Notes: generated from the letters alone by a model not told the origin. Positions 27,866 to 42,753 are shown, counted from the whole stretch's first letter. The stretch: DNA of 63,778 nucleotides, filler included, from Reticulomyxa filosa (GCA_000512085.1; 19 parts of 19 records of this genome joined end to end with filler, not necessarily neighbours in it), one strand, 5' to 3'. A program made the numbers and translations.

Positions 27866-30800
27866 TACGATTACTGTCGATATTGTGGAATTTAGTGTCG
27901 CATAGACATTTAGGAGAACTCATGTCAATGGATGGAATGATGGTCCATTTAGATTGGAACTCGTCCAGCAAGTCCCCTTTCCGCTTATTTGACGCGAACA
28001 TTTGGAACGGACATGCATCCAATGGACGTCAAAAGCAGTCCCCGACGGCGCAAAAGAAGCCCAATTTCCCCTACTACTTCAGTCAACGTATCAACTCAGG
28101 TGTTTATGGCTCGCTCGTCACTTTACAAGTCAAGTTTTGTTTCGGCTTTGCGTACATATATACACATTTATGTTATATACATACATGTACCATATACAAA
28201 TGGATGATTGAATCGCAGATCGATTTGACCATCAATTTTTCGAATGCGATACTGTATTATATGAACGGCAATTTGCTCGAGGGCTATTGGGACATGATGA
28301 AAACACTGGTCCGCGTGGAGACATTGAAGCACATCGACTTGTTGCTACCCGATCCTCACTTGCTGTTGGTGGCGGACATTGTCAAGCAGTCGGCGTCGAT
28401 ATTGTCTGAGACCAACGACGCTTCGACGGAAGACGGGGGCAGCACTTCACAAAAGGTGGAAAAGATCAACAACGGGAAGCAGATCAAGTTCAAGTCGATC
28501 CAAATCCGTCCCGACTCGTTTTTCGTGTATTCTGCGAATCTGAAGTTTCTCAAGTTTGGGGTGAAGTCGCTGGCGTGCGAGCAGCTGCTGGTCATGCTGG
28601 ACCACCTCTTTACGTATTATTATTACAATTACGACAACGCGGATTTGTTGAGTGAGTTTGCGCATTTGTCGGACCGTTATGTCGGTCAAAACTTAAAAGG
28701 TAATACAAAAAAAAAAAGGGAGAGAGAAGAGAAAGAGGAGTGCGTGTTTTTGTTTATTAAAATAAAATAAAAATACGTATACTATACACACACAAACACA
28801 TATACGTATATACATACATATATATATATATATATGTATATATGTATATGCGTATGTATATCCAAACAAACTTACATATGTAAAAAAAAAAAAAAAAATG
28901 ATAAGGCCATGAGAAAAAATTCAAGTCGAGTCGCGTGTACAAGTATTGTGTATCGGTGATTCGCAGACCGTTGCTGTTTGACATATGTCCGGCCTTGATG
29001 AACTTGAACAACAACAACCAGTGCGCGACGCTGGAGGAACTGCATTTGGTGGACGTGCGCTGCAGCAAGAAAGACGAGCTGAAGCACTTTTTGGAAAACA
29101 ATTACAACAAGCTGCATACAATTGTGTTGCACTATACTGCGGCGTGTTTGCAATGTGAAGCCAACACAGACAGCAGTAGTAGTAATAACAGTACTTCCTC
29201 ATATACTCCCAAGACAGGACTCGGTAGTCCGTCCACACTTCAAAACGTAATGACACGCCGTCGTTACTTGTGTCGACACACTCGCCAATGGTCATGGATG
29301 TGATCACTGATGAGGTGCCCAGTCCGATAACGAATCAAGGAGGAGGAGGAGGAGGAGGAAGTGGTAGTGCTAACAGTAGTAACAGTAGTCTGCTGCGGAT
29401 ATTGTCCACTCCTCCTCGCACGCGTATCAGCAAGAATGCCATTAAAGTGAGCCATTATATCAATGAGCAAGTCGCGATGATCAACGAGTTCTTGTATCGC
29501 ACTACACACCATCAGAAGAAACGCAACATCAAACAGGGCCGCTTCCAAAAACACGCCTTGGAAAATATCGCTATCACTCTGCCGCGATGCGGACTGAGCA
29601 GCGATCACTTGCCCGCCCTGCGCGATCTCTTCCTCACTTTGTCCAAGGTCTGCACTTGCAAAGACAAAAAAAGAGCAGATGCCAATCACACCGTAGACGC
29701 AACTGATCAGATCACTCATTCTGTCGACTCCAATCTCAGCACCACGTCTGAGGGCAATAGCAGTAATAATAATAATAATAACAATAACAATAACAATAAT
29801 AATAATAATAATAACAATGGCAGTCTGAATACTAATGGTAATCTATCTAATAATAATAATAACAATAACAATAACAATACAAATAATAATGCGAATAATA
29901 ACAATACCAACAATAATAATAATAATAATAACAACAATAGCAATAGCAATAGCAATAACAATAACAATGATGATAGTAGCACTCATTTATCTGACTGCGA
30001 TGCGATAATCCAATTGGACAAACTGTATTTAAGTGGATTGCTGTCTTCGCTCGATTTCACCGAGTCCACTAACTACACGCGAATGCTGCAGGTGCAACGA
30101 ATAAAGCAGCTCATCATCAAAAACTTTACGTATCACCCCGTGGTGTTCGGGTCCTTCGTCAACGGCTTTTCCAACTCAGTCGTGCGTCTGGACTTGCAAG
30201 TCGAATTCGAAGAAGAGAAGAACTCTGCCGAAGAGGCTCATGAATGGAAATCAAAGATTATGGGTGTTATTTTTCAGTTGCGTCATGTTGCAATCACTAG
30301 CTGATAATATACAAATATATGTACATATATATACATATATATATGTATATATAATAATAAAGTGAGATATGTTTTGATCACGCCAAATAAAATAGAAAAA
30401 CTAGTGACCGCAATCCGAAACCTGTGAAACGAATGTTTGAAGCACTGGCACATTGTCGTTGTTTGGAATACTTGACCATTGAATTCATCCAACACCCGAC
30501 GAGCAAAATCCACCATTATTTAAACAGCACAAGACCGAAAGCGCAGCTTGCGCCTCTGCAGAGGGCCAACTCCACGAAGGACTTGACGAACGCTCGACTG
30601 GTGACGGGCTCGAGCACGGGAATGGCGTCGGCCTCCTCGTCTTCTTTGATGGACACTGCCAATATACACGACGAAAATATGTCCGCCAAGTCGCAGTTCA
30701 AAATCACTGGCGACACGCTTTTGTTAGACCCGGTCATCGATGTCATGTGGATTGACACCTTCATCAAAGACCAAAACATTAAAAAGACGCTGAAGGCGCT

Positions 30801-31290
30801 GGACTTGCGTCTCAATGAATTGTGCGTGCAACGCTTCGAAAAGAAGTTCCAAAACGTTTCCAAATTCAAAACATTCAAACAAAGCCAAGGAAAGATCTTT
30901 CGAATTAACAATGAATTCACGGCCAAATTAAACGAGCTCTTCCAACAATGGTTCAAACTTGGCAAAAAATTATGGAGTGTCGGAATCACACGCAAATTGA
31001 CTAATCTTATTGTTTTTGGTATTTTTTTATTTTTATTTTTTATTACATTTTTTCAAACGTTTGTATACGTATTTTAAATAGATGACGATGATGACGATGA
31101 AAAAGATGAAGGCAAGAAAATAGATTTCGGTGATAAATCACCCTTCAATAAGTGGGCTGTTCCACCTCAGACCCCTTATATTTCTCATTTTAGTATGGTC
31201 AAGTTTCAAGACCAGCAAGGTATTTGGAGACTCAATGCATATGGAGATTTGCACAAACTGCTCATGCCTGAAATGCCACTTGGAAACTAA
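27866..31290 (+). CDS. Large multi-exon hypothetical protein with LRR-like segments and a poly-Asn insert
   Basis: A series of GC-richer exons (27883-28770, 28935-29303, 29270-30304, 30424-31077, last exon to TAA at 31290) with LEELHLVDV, LDKLYLSG, LEYLTI and LKALDLR segments. Frameshift at an A-run near 29245. Confidence 0.6.
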
Positions 31291-32239
31291 CTTTCTAATG
31301 AGCAAACTCTGTATACTTGTTTCTCTTTTTTTTTTTTTTTTTGAGGTGTTCTGTTAAAAAATGTTTCGCAGTGGTTGTTTTTTTTTTCCCCCGTATTGAT
31401 TAATCTTTACATCCTTTCTATCCTTCCTCCCTCTTCTCTTCACTGCTGATTTCACTATGAATCTTTGTTTGGGTTCTGGTTTTTTTCCTTTTGAATTACA
31501 ATTTTTTTGGTCATTTTGTTCATTTTTCTTCTTTTGGTTTTCCACTGCCTTTTTGAACAGGCTTGAAGTTCGTTAGTTTATATTAAAGATAATCATTGCA
31601 AAGACTAATACTATTTTGGACAGGTGCAGGGAGTTATCCCCATAATTGACAAAAAATTGGCTACAGATATTGTAATGTCTAACAAAAAAAGATCGTTTTT
31701 TGTTTTAAACTTGATGTGGGAAAGGCTGCAACGGAAAAAATTATGCAAAATTTAAGACGCTTTTTCGCAAATAACAAAACCAGTAATAAAATCAATGATG
31801 ACAACCAAATAAAACTAGTTATTGTCTGAAAGTGTATTCTTTTCATCCTTTCAAAGTGTAAATGTTATAGTGACGGTTAAGGATAAGAATTTCGCAACAT
31901 TGATAAAAGTCACTAATTTTTTTTTTTGACAAATAAAAAATTTTTGATTTTTTCATTGGAAACAAGATGTTTAGTTCGAACTAAATTATTTGAAGAATAT
32001 TATTTTGTTTTTGATTAAACTTTGTTATTAAAAAAGAAAAAACAAAATAATATCAATATTTGATAAAAGTATCACAAAAGTTGAAAAATAATTTATATCT
32101 TGTGCAAATGTAAAATAAAAAAACTAATAATACAAAAAAATGCAGTCAAAAATAACAAAAACGGCAAAAATTTTAAAAAATGTCAAAAAGCATAAAAAGT
32201 GGCAATTCTTTATTAAAGCGAAAATTTTGTTATTTAAAT

Positions 32240-32886
32240 TTATGAAACAATTAGTAAAGATTTAATAAAAAACTAAATTCAAAATCATATTTAAAAAGTA
32301 CACTATTTGTAGATATTTTTCAAAAAAAAATTAGGTCTGAATGTTATTTTTTCATGGAGAAAATCAATCATATTTATAATGTGTCGTTTTATGTGTCAAC
32401 TTTATTTGCATTCTACTGTATTAGCTTATCTTTTAATTAATATTCAATTTGGTCATTATAACAACTTTGAGTACACAAAATACAAAAAATATAATATGCA
32501 AAAGTTTCATGATATATGAAAAAACAACATTCAGATATAATTTTAAAAAATATCTACAAATTATGTAGTTTTTAAACATCATTTTGATTTATATCTTTAC
32601 AAATTGTTTAAAAAATTTGAATATTTTATTGATTTTTGAAAATTTCGAGAAAAAGTTGACAATCGTGACTGTGTCATAACTATGAAATTTGACAATTTTT
32701 TTTAAGTATTTTCAGAAAGTACTCAATGCGTAGATACAGCAGGCTGCAAAGAAAACTGAACGCCTAAAATGATATCTTATGATAATAATTGATTTTCTCC
32801 ATGAAAAGTCAACATTTAGACCTAATTTTTTTTTATATATATCTACAAATCTTGTAGTTATTAAAAAACCAATTTCATATTTAAAA
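32240..32886. repeat. Inverted-repeat cluster with three copies of an AT-rich element (32240-32425 reverse; 32516-32610 and 32730-32886 forward); MITE/foldback-like
   Basis: The reverse complement of 32300-32425 aligns with 32728-32860, and that of 32240-32355 aligns with 32516-32610. Confidence 0.7.
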
Positions 32887-33005
32887 NNNNNNNNNNNNNN
32901 NNNNNNNNNNNNNNNNNNNNNNNNNNNNNNTTAATTAATTAANNNNNNNNNNNNNNNNNNNNNNNNNNNNNNNNNNNNNNNNNNNNATTTCTAATTTCTT
33001 TTATT

Positions 33006-33039
<34 letters not shown>

Positions 33040-33136
33040 GAATGCACTAATTTGTATCGCATATATAGCCCGATCATATATAAGATAAAAGTCTAACCCA
33101 CAAAAGAAAAGAAAAAAAACTTGTAGATTGGTAATA

Positions 33137-34160
33137 TCAAATATTGATCCACTTTTTCCAAATCTTGCTTGATCTCTTCAATTTCCATATCCTTTTATTC
33201 TTCGACAATCCATTGTTGTTCCATTTCCGTCGGCACTTGTACATCCGGTCTGACGATTTGTCATTGGTCTCTTCTCTGCCGAAAAATAAGATGAAATGCT
33301 TTGACATAAATGCATCCATACGAATAGCATTGCTTAATACTCGTGCAAACCCCACACATTGCGAAATCGAAAAGTATTGCTGTCCTCGTCATATTCAATC
33401 GACAGTCCCTGCATCCTGGGAAAACAAATGCATTTTTTTGACTTGTATCTGTGACTGCCATATGACGGTCCATCTTGGCTACAAAAGCAATGGTATTTCA
33501 TTACACTGTCGATCGGCAAAATAGCTCGTTCACATATTGCAATGTCTTTAAATTGAATACGTCAATATTCTTTCCTCGATAGTTAATAAACAATAAATGA
33601 CTCTCACACCCACAAATTATTACACCAACTCCTAAATAATTATCTTCACTTCTTCCAATGAAAATTTGATTCTTTTGTTTGTCCATTGATCGCAAAATAT
33701 TGTTGTTGTTTTGATTGTTTTCTTATCTTCATTGTTATTACTTCCTTCTTCTCCTTCTTTCCCAAACACTCACATAATTCATTATCAATGTATGTTTATA
33801 TTTTCCTCCAAAAGACAATAATTTAATTTCATTGGAATTACTGCTATTCCTAACTTTTACCATGCAATGCCCAAATAATTCAATGTCACTCGGATAAGAA
33901 CAAATAAACTTGTATTTGTTCTTGAGCGTATGATAGGAGTAACACTCGCATGCATATGCACATCCACAAATGAGAATCTCATGTTTTTGTATCACAAATT
34001 GAGCAAGGCGAAGTGGCCGTGGCAAAGGAGCCACAGTTTCAAGCCAAGTCTCAAGATCCGCAAAAATTGTTTTGCTATCTGCTAAAAATCTTACACTGTT
34101 CATAAGCGACCCATTCTCTACAATGGTTTTTAGCAATCGAAATAATCTCATCTGTTTCAT
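33137..34160 (-). pseudogene. Kelch-like family pseudogene
   Basis: Homologous to the 26711 gene (HEILICG..CYSYH...KYKFICSYP, LLSFGG, MNYVSVW, GLSIEYDED) but split over several frames. Confidence 0.7.
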
Positions 34161-34501
34161 TTATTGTCATTTTTTTATTATTACTTATCAGTAATTATTT
34201 TCAAAAACTTAATATATCAGCACAGCGAATGGAAATGAACATGGTAATGCACGACTTGATACACAGACGAAGTCGGATATTTTCAACCAATCGAATCTGA
34301 TTAAATGTAATAGCAACAAGCATCGACAAAAGGAAGCAGTTAGCAAATGGATGGACTTTTATTACGGGAAAACGATATGCAAAAACAAGCAGCTATTGAA
34401 CNNNNNNNNNNNNNNNNNNNNNNNNNNNNNNNNNNNNNNNNNNNNTTAATTAATTAANNNNNNNNNNNNNNNNNNNNNNNNNNNNNNNNNNNNNNNNNNN
34501 N

Positions 34502-37500
34502 GTATTGATGGCACTGCATGTATTGAATGCATTCGTGGTGTCAAATGTGAATCTACAAACTTTAAGCTGGAACACAGCGAACGGACAAACATATTTAAAT
34601 AATCACGGCAATATGATTATATTAATGATGTCATGGAATAAGTTGCTCAACCAATATTTCGACAATGTGTGGAAAAGGGAAAGGTGTACATATTTGCAAT
34701 GTTCAAAAGTTTACAACAGCCTGATAATTGTATTGGCAGTGGAAAATTTTCAGCAAGGAGTTGATGCAATCAGAAAACGAAAGTATACGTCTTCTCCAAA
34801 GCAAGTCCATGATCTACAAAATGCAACCAAGAAGAATTTATATGTCAACACGCCGGCAATGAAAATGTACAAATCCACTTCAAGAATCTCATCAACATCT
34901 TATACGTCAGCATTTAAAATAGTAACGTACAGGTAAATAACAGTGATATAAAGATCAAATTGAAAAAAAATGTCTATGCAAAAAAAAAAAGGGAGATTTA
35001 CGTATATCAGTCAGTAGTGATTGTATATATAATTGATTTTATTGAAAATAGATTTTTTTAAAAAAAAAACAAATAGTAACAAATTGGAGCATTGTAAAGT
35101 AGAAGTGATTACAAGCACACCACTGCCGAATGAAGCGTGCGAATTGTGCAAGCGGTCTGGAGCAAGTGTAGAATTGGAGATATTATTTGCAATGAAATGT
35201 TATATGCATCACATTGGCATGAATGCGGAACTCAACCACAAATATTATACGTTGTTGCAACAAGTGTGCTATCACAACGTCGTGATATCAAATACAATGA
35301 ATGCCCAATTTCATACTTGCGCAATGTCGACACGAAAAACTTCACCAGATATTTTGCAACTGATGTCCAAGACTGCAATGTTAAGTTCTTTTTTTTTAAC
35401 TTCCTTTTTTTAAAAAAAAACAGACAACAACAACAAAAATTTGGATAGATCATACGATAAAGCAGATCTCAAAAATGTGTGCGGTTATTCTGTGGCGTTG
35501 CTAAGTGGATAATGGACAAACGACAATAGGGACTTTGTCGTCATTGTCCAATGGATAAGTCATGCCTTTCAGGCGATAGAAGTGCTGTTGGTGCAATTTA
35601 CGATATTGGGCGAAAACGCACACGACAAGCAATTGAATTGCAAGTCAGTCGTAATGCCCACGCTCGTTTATGCAAAGCAGCGCTCCTTTTTCCAAAGGCG
35701 TGATATCCAAAGACACTTATTTCGCCAACACAATACGCCGCACGATATGGACACAAACCGGCTCGCATGTTAGACCTATCTCACACCACACTGCCTTCAT
35801 ACAAATATCCAACAATTTGTATACGCAATGCTCAAATCATCCTTGGGCAATAATAATGTAAATTCTTCAATAATATTTACAAGCAATTCAATGTGGACAT
35901 ATCAATACAAAACGCATGCTATGTGTTGTAGTGCTAAGTTATTTTTACTTCTTTTATTGTTGTTGTAATACTATACATTATTTTTTTGGTGTTGATTGTG
36001 TATAGTAAAATGAATGTTGAAACAAAGTGGCGTAAAATAGCTTTGGCAGTTGGAACACAAAGGACAAATGAGTAATACCACTTGAGGCTGTGGTCACGTA
36101 ATGCGAGCTTTATCATTGCGATACGAAGCGCAAAGAGAAGGTAAAATCTATATTTTTGTTCGTGTTTAACTTATAATTAATATTGTGTGTTGTTACAATA
36201 GAACCTTCCCACCATGTGATAGAAAAAAGAATACGGGGTAGAAACCACCCCGTCTCCGAAAGGAGAAACAAAGGTTTGTTCTATTTATTTTTTTTTTTTA
36301 TTAATATGTTTAAGTGTTGTTTTGCGATATAGGTTCCCCCTCCCGCCAAATATTGTTATAATATATGCTCCACACAAAAAAAAAAAGAAAAATCGGGGTT
36401 GAAATCCACCCCACCTCCGAAAGGAGGAAGAAAGGTTTGTGTATGTTTATATTTAAATATATTCTTTTATTATAATGTTGTTTTGTTTTGTGAAGCAATA
36501 GGAATTCCCCCACCAAAGAAAACAAATTACATATATATATATATATATTTATTTGTTTACCACATCAATAAAAAAACATTTGTGAAGTGCTTGATACAGG
36601 AAACAAAGAAAATGGAAATAATATTATCAAGTTATGATATATTTTTTGTTGTTCTCAAAATATTATAAAATATAACTTTGTTTGTGTATAGATGTCCAGT
36701 GCAGCAAAAGGCGAGGCAGAATGTAGGTATCTTTTTAAAAGGTGGTTTGGAGAAAGGGGGGAGAGGAGGAAAACAATAAATAATAGGGGGGAAAAGAAAA
36801 AAAAAAAAGACGATAAAAAAGAAAATGTAATAATTAAAAAAAAGGGTGGAAAGAAAAAAAAGGAGAAATAAAAAAAAAAAGATGGAATAATAAATAAGAA
36901 AAAAAAAAAGGAATGACACAAAAGAAAAAAGTATTGAAAAAATAAATAAAAGAAAAAAAAGAAAAGAATAAGAAGTAAAAAAATTGTTTAAAATTTTAAT
37001 TTTTTTTTGGAAAAATTGATTATATCCCGCGTGGGATAACAACATAAGTTGAGTGAATTTTTTCTTTGTGTGTTTGTTTAAAAAAATCACTGTAAAGACA
37101 TACTTATACGTTATAGAGATGAAGCCGCGTATCATACGCATAGTGCACGATGGGAAAGCAAATGGATATCGTGTGGTGAACAATATATAGTACAAAGTTG
37201 GATCGTGCAATGCGTCGTGTTGAAGATTACTGAACAATAATGATGGGATACATAATGACAAAAGCAATATCAGAGGCAATTTTAATAATGACACAAGACT
37301 ACAACAACAAATAACACGGGAACAGGAAAACCAATGATAGCATGGACAACCTTGAATGTACCAACTTTTTCTTTGGAGAAGATGTCAAGCACAACAATCT
37401 ATTGTTCCAATTTGGAATTTATCTTTTATTTACGATTTGATGTAGCGAAGCTATTAAAATGGATGTTGGCAAGAATTGAATAATGCAATGGGTTCAATAG

Positions 37501-38333
37501 ACAAAGCTCAACAAACAATGTGACCATATTTATTGTCCCAATATCCACAAAATACTAACAGCTCACCAGTGACAATAACATCATCATCCAATGCCATTAA
37601 TCCAATAATTCGCATGGACATTCGCTTGTCAAAAAAATATTACACTGTGAAAGCGAAGGAGTGTTCCACATAATTAATATTTACTTACATACGAATTGAA
37701 TGCTGCCTACAAGATTCCATATCGAAATAATTCAAATCGAATTATGTGTATCCAGTCCCCATCAAAAGAAAAAAAGCCAACCAATTGAGGTGATTTGAAG
37801 CAAATAGCTATCTTTCTTTTTTTCCCAATAATCTCCAATTAATGTGCTATTTCTGTATATAGGTGTGAAACAAAAATGTTGTTGCAGTGAAAGCGTTAGA
37901 GTTATTAAAGGCACTGTCCAAAGCAAAGTCTGTATATAACACGTAATGAATCGAAAGCATTAAATATCTTATCTTCGATAGCAGATGGTATTGGTACTGT
38001 TTGTGAGCTACATGGCTCCTCCGACAATAGTGCTACTCAAACTGCATTCTCTTCAAATTGCGCTGCTATGAAAAATCAAATATCGAACACGACCAATCAA
38101 TTTATCAACAAGGCTTCCAATTTATTAATGTTGTCATCTGGTAAATGTATCAGCAATCTTGGGATCAACTCCACAATTGACCAATCCATGTCCGGGAAAC
38201 AATTCACAAGTATATCTGATCTTAAAAATTCAACACGTATCACTAATCACCACTAACGATGACAGGGACGATGTGAATCAAATCTATCGACAAAATGAAG
38301 CGCAATTGTCGTTATCCAATGGCCTTCTCTTGG
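34502..38333 (+). pseudogene. Highly degenerate multi-exon gene relic with Pro-rich mini-exon repeats at 36200-36730
   Basis: Coding-like composition interrupted by stops and frameshifts. Intron-like GT..AG blocks persist. Paralogous to 39060-39860. Confidence 0.45.
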
Positions 38334-38433
38334 NNNNNNNNNNNNNNNNNNNNNNNNNNNNNNNNNNNNNNNNNNNNTTAATTAATTAANNNNNNNNNNN
38401 NNNNNNNNNNNNNNNNNNNNNNNNNNNNNNNNN

Positions 38434-41400
38434 AAAAAAAAATAGACAACATGCTGATACTCCCAGAGCAAGTGCTTTGCTCAAGTCAATGCCACGATGG
38501 CGACATACGCTGGCAGACAAAGCATGCACAAACGATGGGATTATTAGCAACGTTCGTTGTGAGGCAAGAATGATATGGTGGATGTTGTCAAGGGCCCGAC
38601 TGATACGATCTCAAGATAAGATGAGCGTGAACATTATACTGCACTACACACGCCAATACAACAGAGGGAGTGGCATTATATGGGCATCGAATAGGCCCGA
38701 TATGCCATGTGCAAATGGAAGGGCCCTCATGGTGATGTTGTACACTATTGGCTGAGCGATCGCTCAATATTTCAGTCAATAGACTCAAATCGCGTCAACT
38801 TGTCGGCGCGCTGCCCAATCGTTGATCATAATGAACCCGGTCGCTGCACAAAAAGGCCCATATGTGGCATGGCACAAATGTCCGTTTCAACATAATGGCT
38901 GCACATTTTGCAACGACAAAAGAGTGGTCAGTCGATCACAGCAAGACGATACGACCGATTGGTATCTAAAACATTTTTTACATACGTATATATGTACATG
39001 CTTTTTGTCTTTAAAATAAATTAACAAAAACAATGTATGATTTTTTTTTAACGTATAAAAGACAGTGACAAAATGACAACAACAATGATCAAAAACAGAG
39101 TAGAATCCAACTCTGTCTCCGAAAGGAGCAAAAGAGGTTTGTTATATCTTCTTTTTTTTATAAAAAATATATCAATCTGCTGTGTGTTTGTGTATAGAAT
39201 CCTCTGTCCACAAAAACCGTTACCTATGTGTTCATCCCTCCACATACAAAAAAAAAGGGGTCGAAGACCACCTGGCCTACAATAAAAAAAAAACGGTATG
39301 TGTTTATATTTATATTTTTCTTTTATCAAAATAATGTGGTTGTGTGTGTAATACATAGGAATTCCCCCGCGCAAAAAAAAAATTGTATTTATATTTTGTT
39401 TACTCACTCACTATATACATAACAAAAAAAAAGTTTTAGTGCTAATAGGAGAAAAAATTGAAATGTGAACTTGAATTCAATCGCAAAGTTATGTATTATT
39501 TTTATTGATCTTAAAAATTTTTTAAAAGTTTTTTTGTGTGTTTGTATAGATTACAAGATCCAAAGGTTTTTTATTAGAAGAAATTGGAGAAGTGGTGGAG
39601 TGAAAAAATAGGGCAATATGGGTAAAAAATAGGATGAAAAAAAAATAAAAAAGCGTGTGTGAGTGGAAAGTATGAATAGAAAAGGGGATAGAAAAAAGAG
39701 AAATATGAAAAAAAAGGAATTGAAAATAAAAAGAAGAAAATGATAATTAATGAAAAAAAGATTGATAAAAAAAGAAAAAGAAAAGATAAAAAAGAAAGAA
39801 AAAGAGAAAAAAAAAAAAAAAAACAAGACGAGAAAAAAAGTGATAAAAAAGAAAAAAAATAACGCTTATTTTTTTAATTTTTAAGTATTGGAGCAATGAC
39901 TCCAAAAATGTTGGATCCGACGGATCTAAACAAAAAGTTAAGTAAAATAAATAATTTTTTTTTTCATATTGAATTGTTTAAAATGAAAAAATAGAACATG
40001 AAAGCAATGGAAGCGTGAATGGTCGACAACAAGTTCAGTATTTAAAAAAATCATTTCACATTATACGTTCTCACTTTCTATGCTATCCATGTGTTTACTT
40101 TTTTTTTATAACAATAAAATAAGCACTTTTTTACATATAAAGCATTTCGCATATCAAGAAAGTTCGATAGATATGCCTTGCAATGCCGTCAAAGATATGA
40201 GCGGAAAAACGCCATTTGTCGTGAAATAGGTTTCGAAAACCTATTTACATTTGATAACAGCTTCTAGCTTTATCTGCGCCAGCCGAGCTGCGCTTCAGCA
40301 CGCCACATAGTCCGCAGTCATATTCAACCAACTGCCAGATCTCGTTTGCATGAATATGCCCCATCTCAACTGCAATCTCCATGTTATACTCCAATCTCTG
40401 CTCCAACTTTTTCTACCACTCACCATTCTGTTGTGAGACCGAGTATCTATCGTGCCCAAAAGTCTATTCGACCATTAGTTTTTTTGGAATGTACATGTGT
40501 TGATAAATGCGAACTACCTCATGCAAGATTTTTTTCAAAGATATCGTGGAAAATTTGTCATTTATAATAACATTTGGTATTCGTTTGCTGCACTTTGTCG
40601 CGTTATCATACATAATCATGTCTAGATATGGTACATCCAAGCTGTGAAGATAGTTGGATTTTGCTTTTGGTTTTTGGTTTGCAGTTATTACTGCACTTGC
40701 GCTAACTCGGTCAGTCCAATGTACTAGTTTTAGTGCGACGCAGAATTATCTGAAGTTGTTCCTGGATCCAAAGCAACAGTCTCTCCTATGCTGCACAAAT
40801 TCATTTGATCACGTTCCGGCAATCGTACCAAACTCTTACCCTTCGTATCCTCACCAACAAGAGTCCTAACTTTGAGCCAATGCAAAATCAAACGGTAACT
40901 CTATTGGTATTCTCAACAACACATCATTACAATTTCTTTTCATGCCTTTGTGCTATAGTTGTAAACACGGTGCGTGTTGCGAGCTGCCAATGTGATGTGG
41001 CGATTATGGCTATCGAAAAGTAGTCTTGGAGTGTGCCAGTCAGTCGTGTTTTTCCGATTGCACGGATTATGTTACGTGTAGATTCATTGTATTGACATTG
41101 AAGAACAAAAACGGTCTGTCGCACAAATAACTTTACAATATCTGTTAACAGTTGTGAATAGCGCAGAATTATTGAAGATGAATTACGACGACATATGGTA
41201 ACAAGCTATCAAACGTGAAGGATGAAAAAGATCTTATTATGCGTGCAAGTTTTTGTACAACAAGAATCAGCACATTAAGCGTTACAGTGTCAATTGTGGC
41301 AGTCTCGAGCGTGGGCTATTCTTCGTTTATATTTACATCGAATACAACAAAGGGAGTGAATTCAACCTGTGGATACGATAAAGTATGTGACAACACAAGG

Positions 41401-42455
41401 TTGATGTGTGGAACGATCATTAGTATGGCCATACTCGAATGGAGGATGCGAACATATTTATTTGATTGCAAACACGGAACGATACCAACAGTCAAGCGTT
41501 GCGAGTGAGCTTGAGTATTACCTTACAAAAATTTTGGATTGCTGTTATTCTTCCGCGTGTTGGATCATATATCGTCGAAGAATTTGATCGCGACAATCTC
41601 TTATTTCAATTCAAAGTCACGTCGTGGTCCACCTTCTTGTAAAGCATTGTTATTGATTTGATTCGGGTGTATTAAAAATGATTCAAATGGATTGCTGAAA
41701 AAAAAATGCGCAATGCACGGAATTTATTGTTGTAATACGATCCACAATGCACAATTTCCGCCGTATGCGTTTATTCAACTGTTGCTCCATTACTGCCACA
41801 CTTTTTTGGTGATGTCAACGCTTGTGCAAATTACATCTATATTGTTGGTCATACTTCCGTACTCACTCCCAATTTGGTGACCAATTATATGACAACGTGC
41901 AAAGATTTGGCTTTATTTATTCTGATCGAGCAAGCAATATCAAAGTTTACCAGCAGCTCGAGAGCACGTATTAAATAAAAAGCCACGTTCGATCAAAAGA
42001 TATACCAACCAATATTTGTCTCAATAGTCACATCTCCTGAATATCTTTATACATTCAAACATCGCCTCCAAAACGTCGTACCAAGATACGTGTGGACAAT
42101 CATTGCATAATTAATCTCATTTTAAATAAATAATCATACACAAATTCAAATTCCATAGTCCAATATTGTTTTCGAATAGAAATGCGTACTCAATCTCACC
42201 TGGTACAAATATGGTGGGACGCGACAATTGTAGTCAATGCTGCTATTTTCATGTAGCACTTATGCAATGTGCACAACCAAAGTCGTTCGAGTCGGTGATG
42301 GGCTGCGCACTACGACAATATCGTACATGGACTAGGTTATCTATCAGCGCAATGGAGGTAGTGACGTGTCATTGTCTGTATATTCTCCTGCGGCTGTATA
42401 TTCGAATAACAATACAGAAGACGACAATTCAAAAAATTGTATCAAATTGAAACAT
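38434..42455 (+). pseudogene. Degenerate gene relic(s), partly paralogous to the previous contig
   Basis: Shares TCTCCGAAAGGAG..AG|GTTTGT mini-exons, TAGGAATTCCCCC and a long purine tract with 36200-37000. No long ORF. Confidence 0.4.
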
Positions 42456-42555
42456 NNNNNNNNNNNNNNNNNNNNNNNNNNNNNNNNNNNNNNNNNNNNT
42501 TAATTAATTAANNNNNNNNNNNNNNNNNNNNNNNNNNNNNNNNNNNNNNNNNNNN

Positions 42556-42720
42556 ATTATCGGCTAATGATTTTGAAACGTGGCTGTTATATCAAAGTAA
42601 ATGGAAACATGAAATCACAAAAGATGACATAATTTCTATTCGTTTTTCCATTGAAGCTTACCTTGATTTGATGACGATTAATCAGGATAACAAAGGAGAT
42701 GAAGTTAATATGTTATATAC

Positions 42721-42753
<33 letters not shown>

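Noticed and set aside
36632-37294. 220-aa Phe-rich 'membrane protein' ORF, and similar ORFs such as 39551-39826
   Set aside because: These are antisense read-throughs of A/G-rich low-complexity tracts.
40224-40246. Perfect hairpin AAATAGGTTT-CGA-AAACCTATTT
   Set aside because: A single AT-rich 10-bp stem with no second copy or supporting context, so plausibly chance.
34502-42455. In-frame stops in coding-like DNA as an alternative genetic code
   Set aside because: The stops come with frameshifts and are of mixed types. Intact genes in the window use TAA, TGA and TAG as normal terminators.
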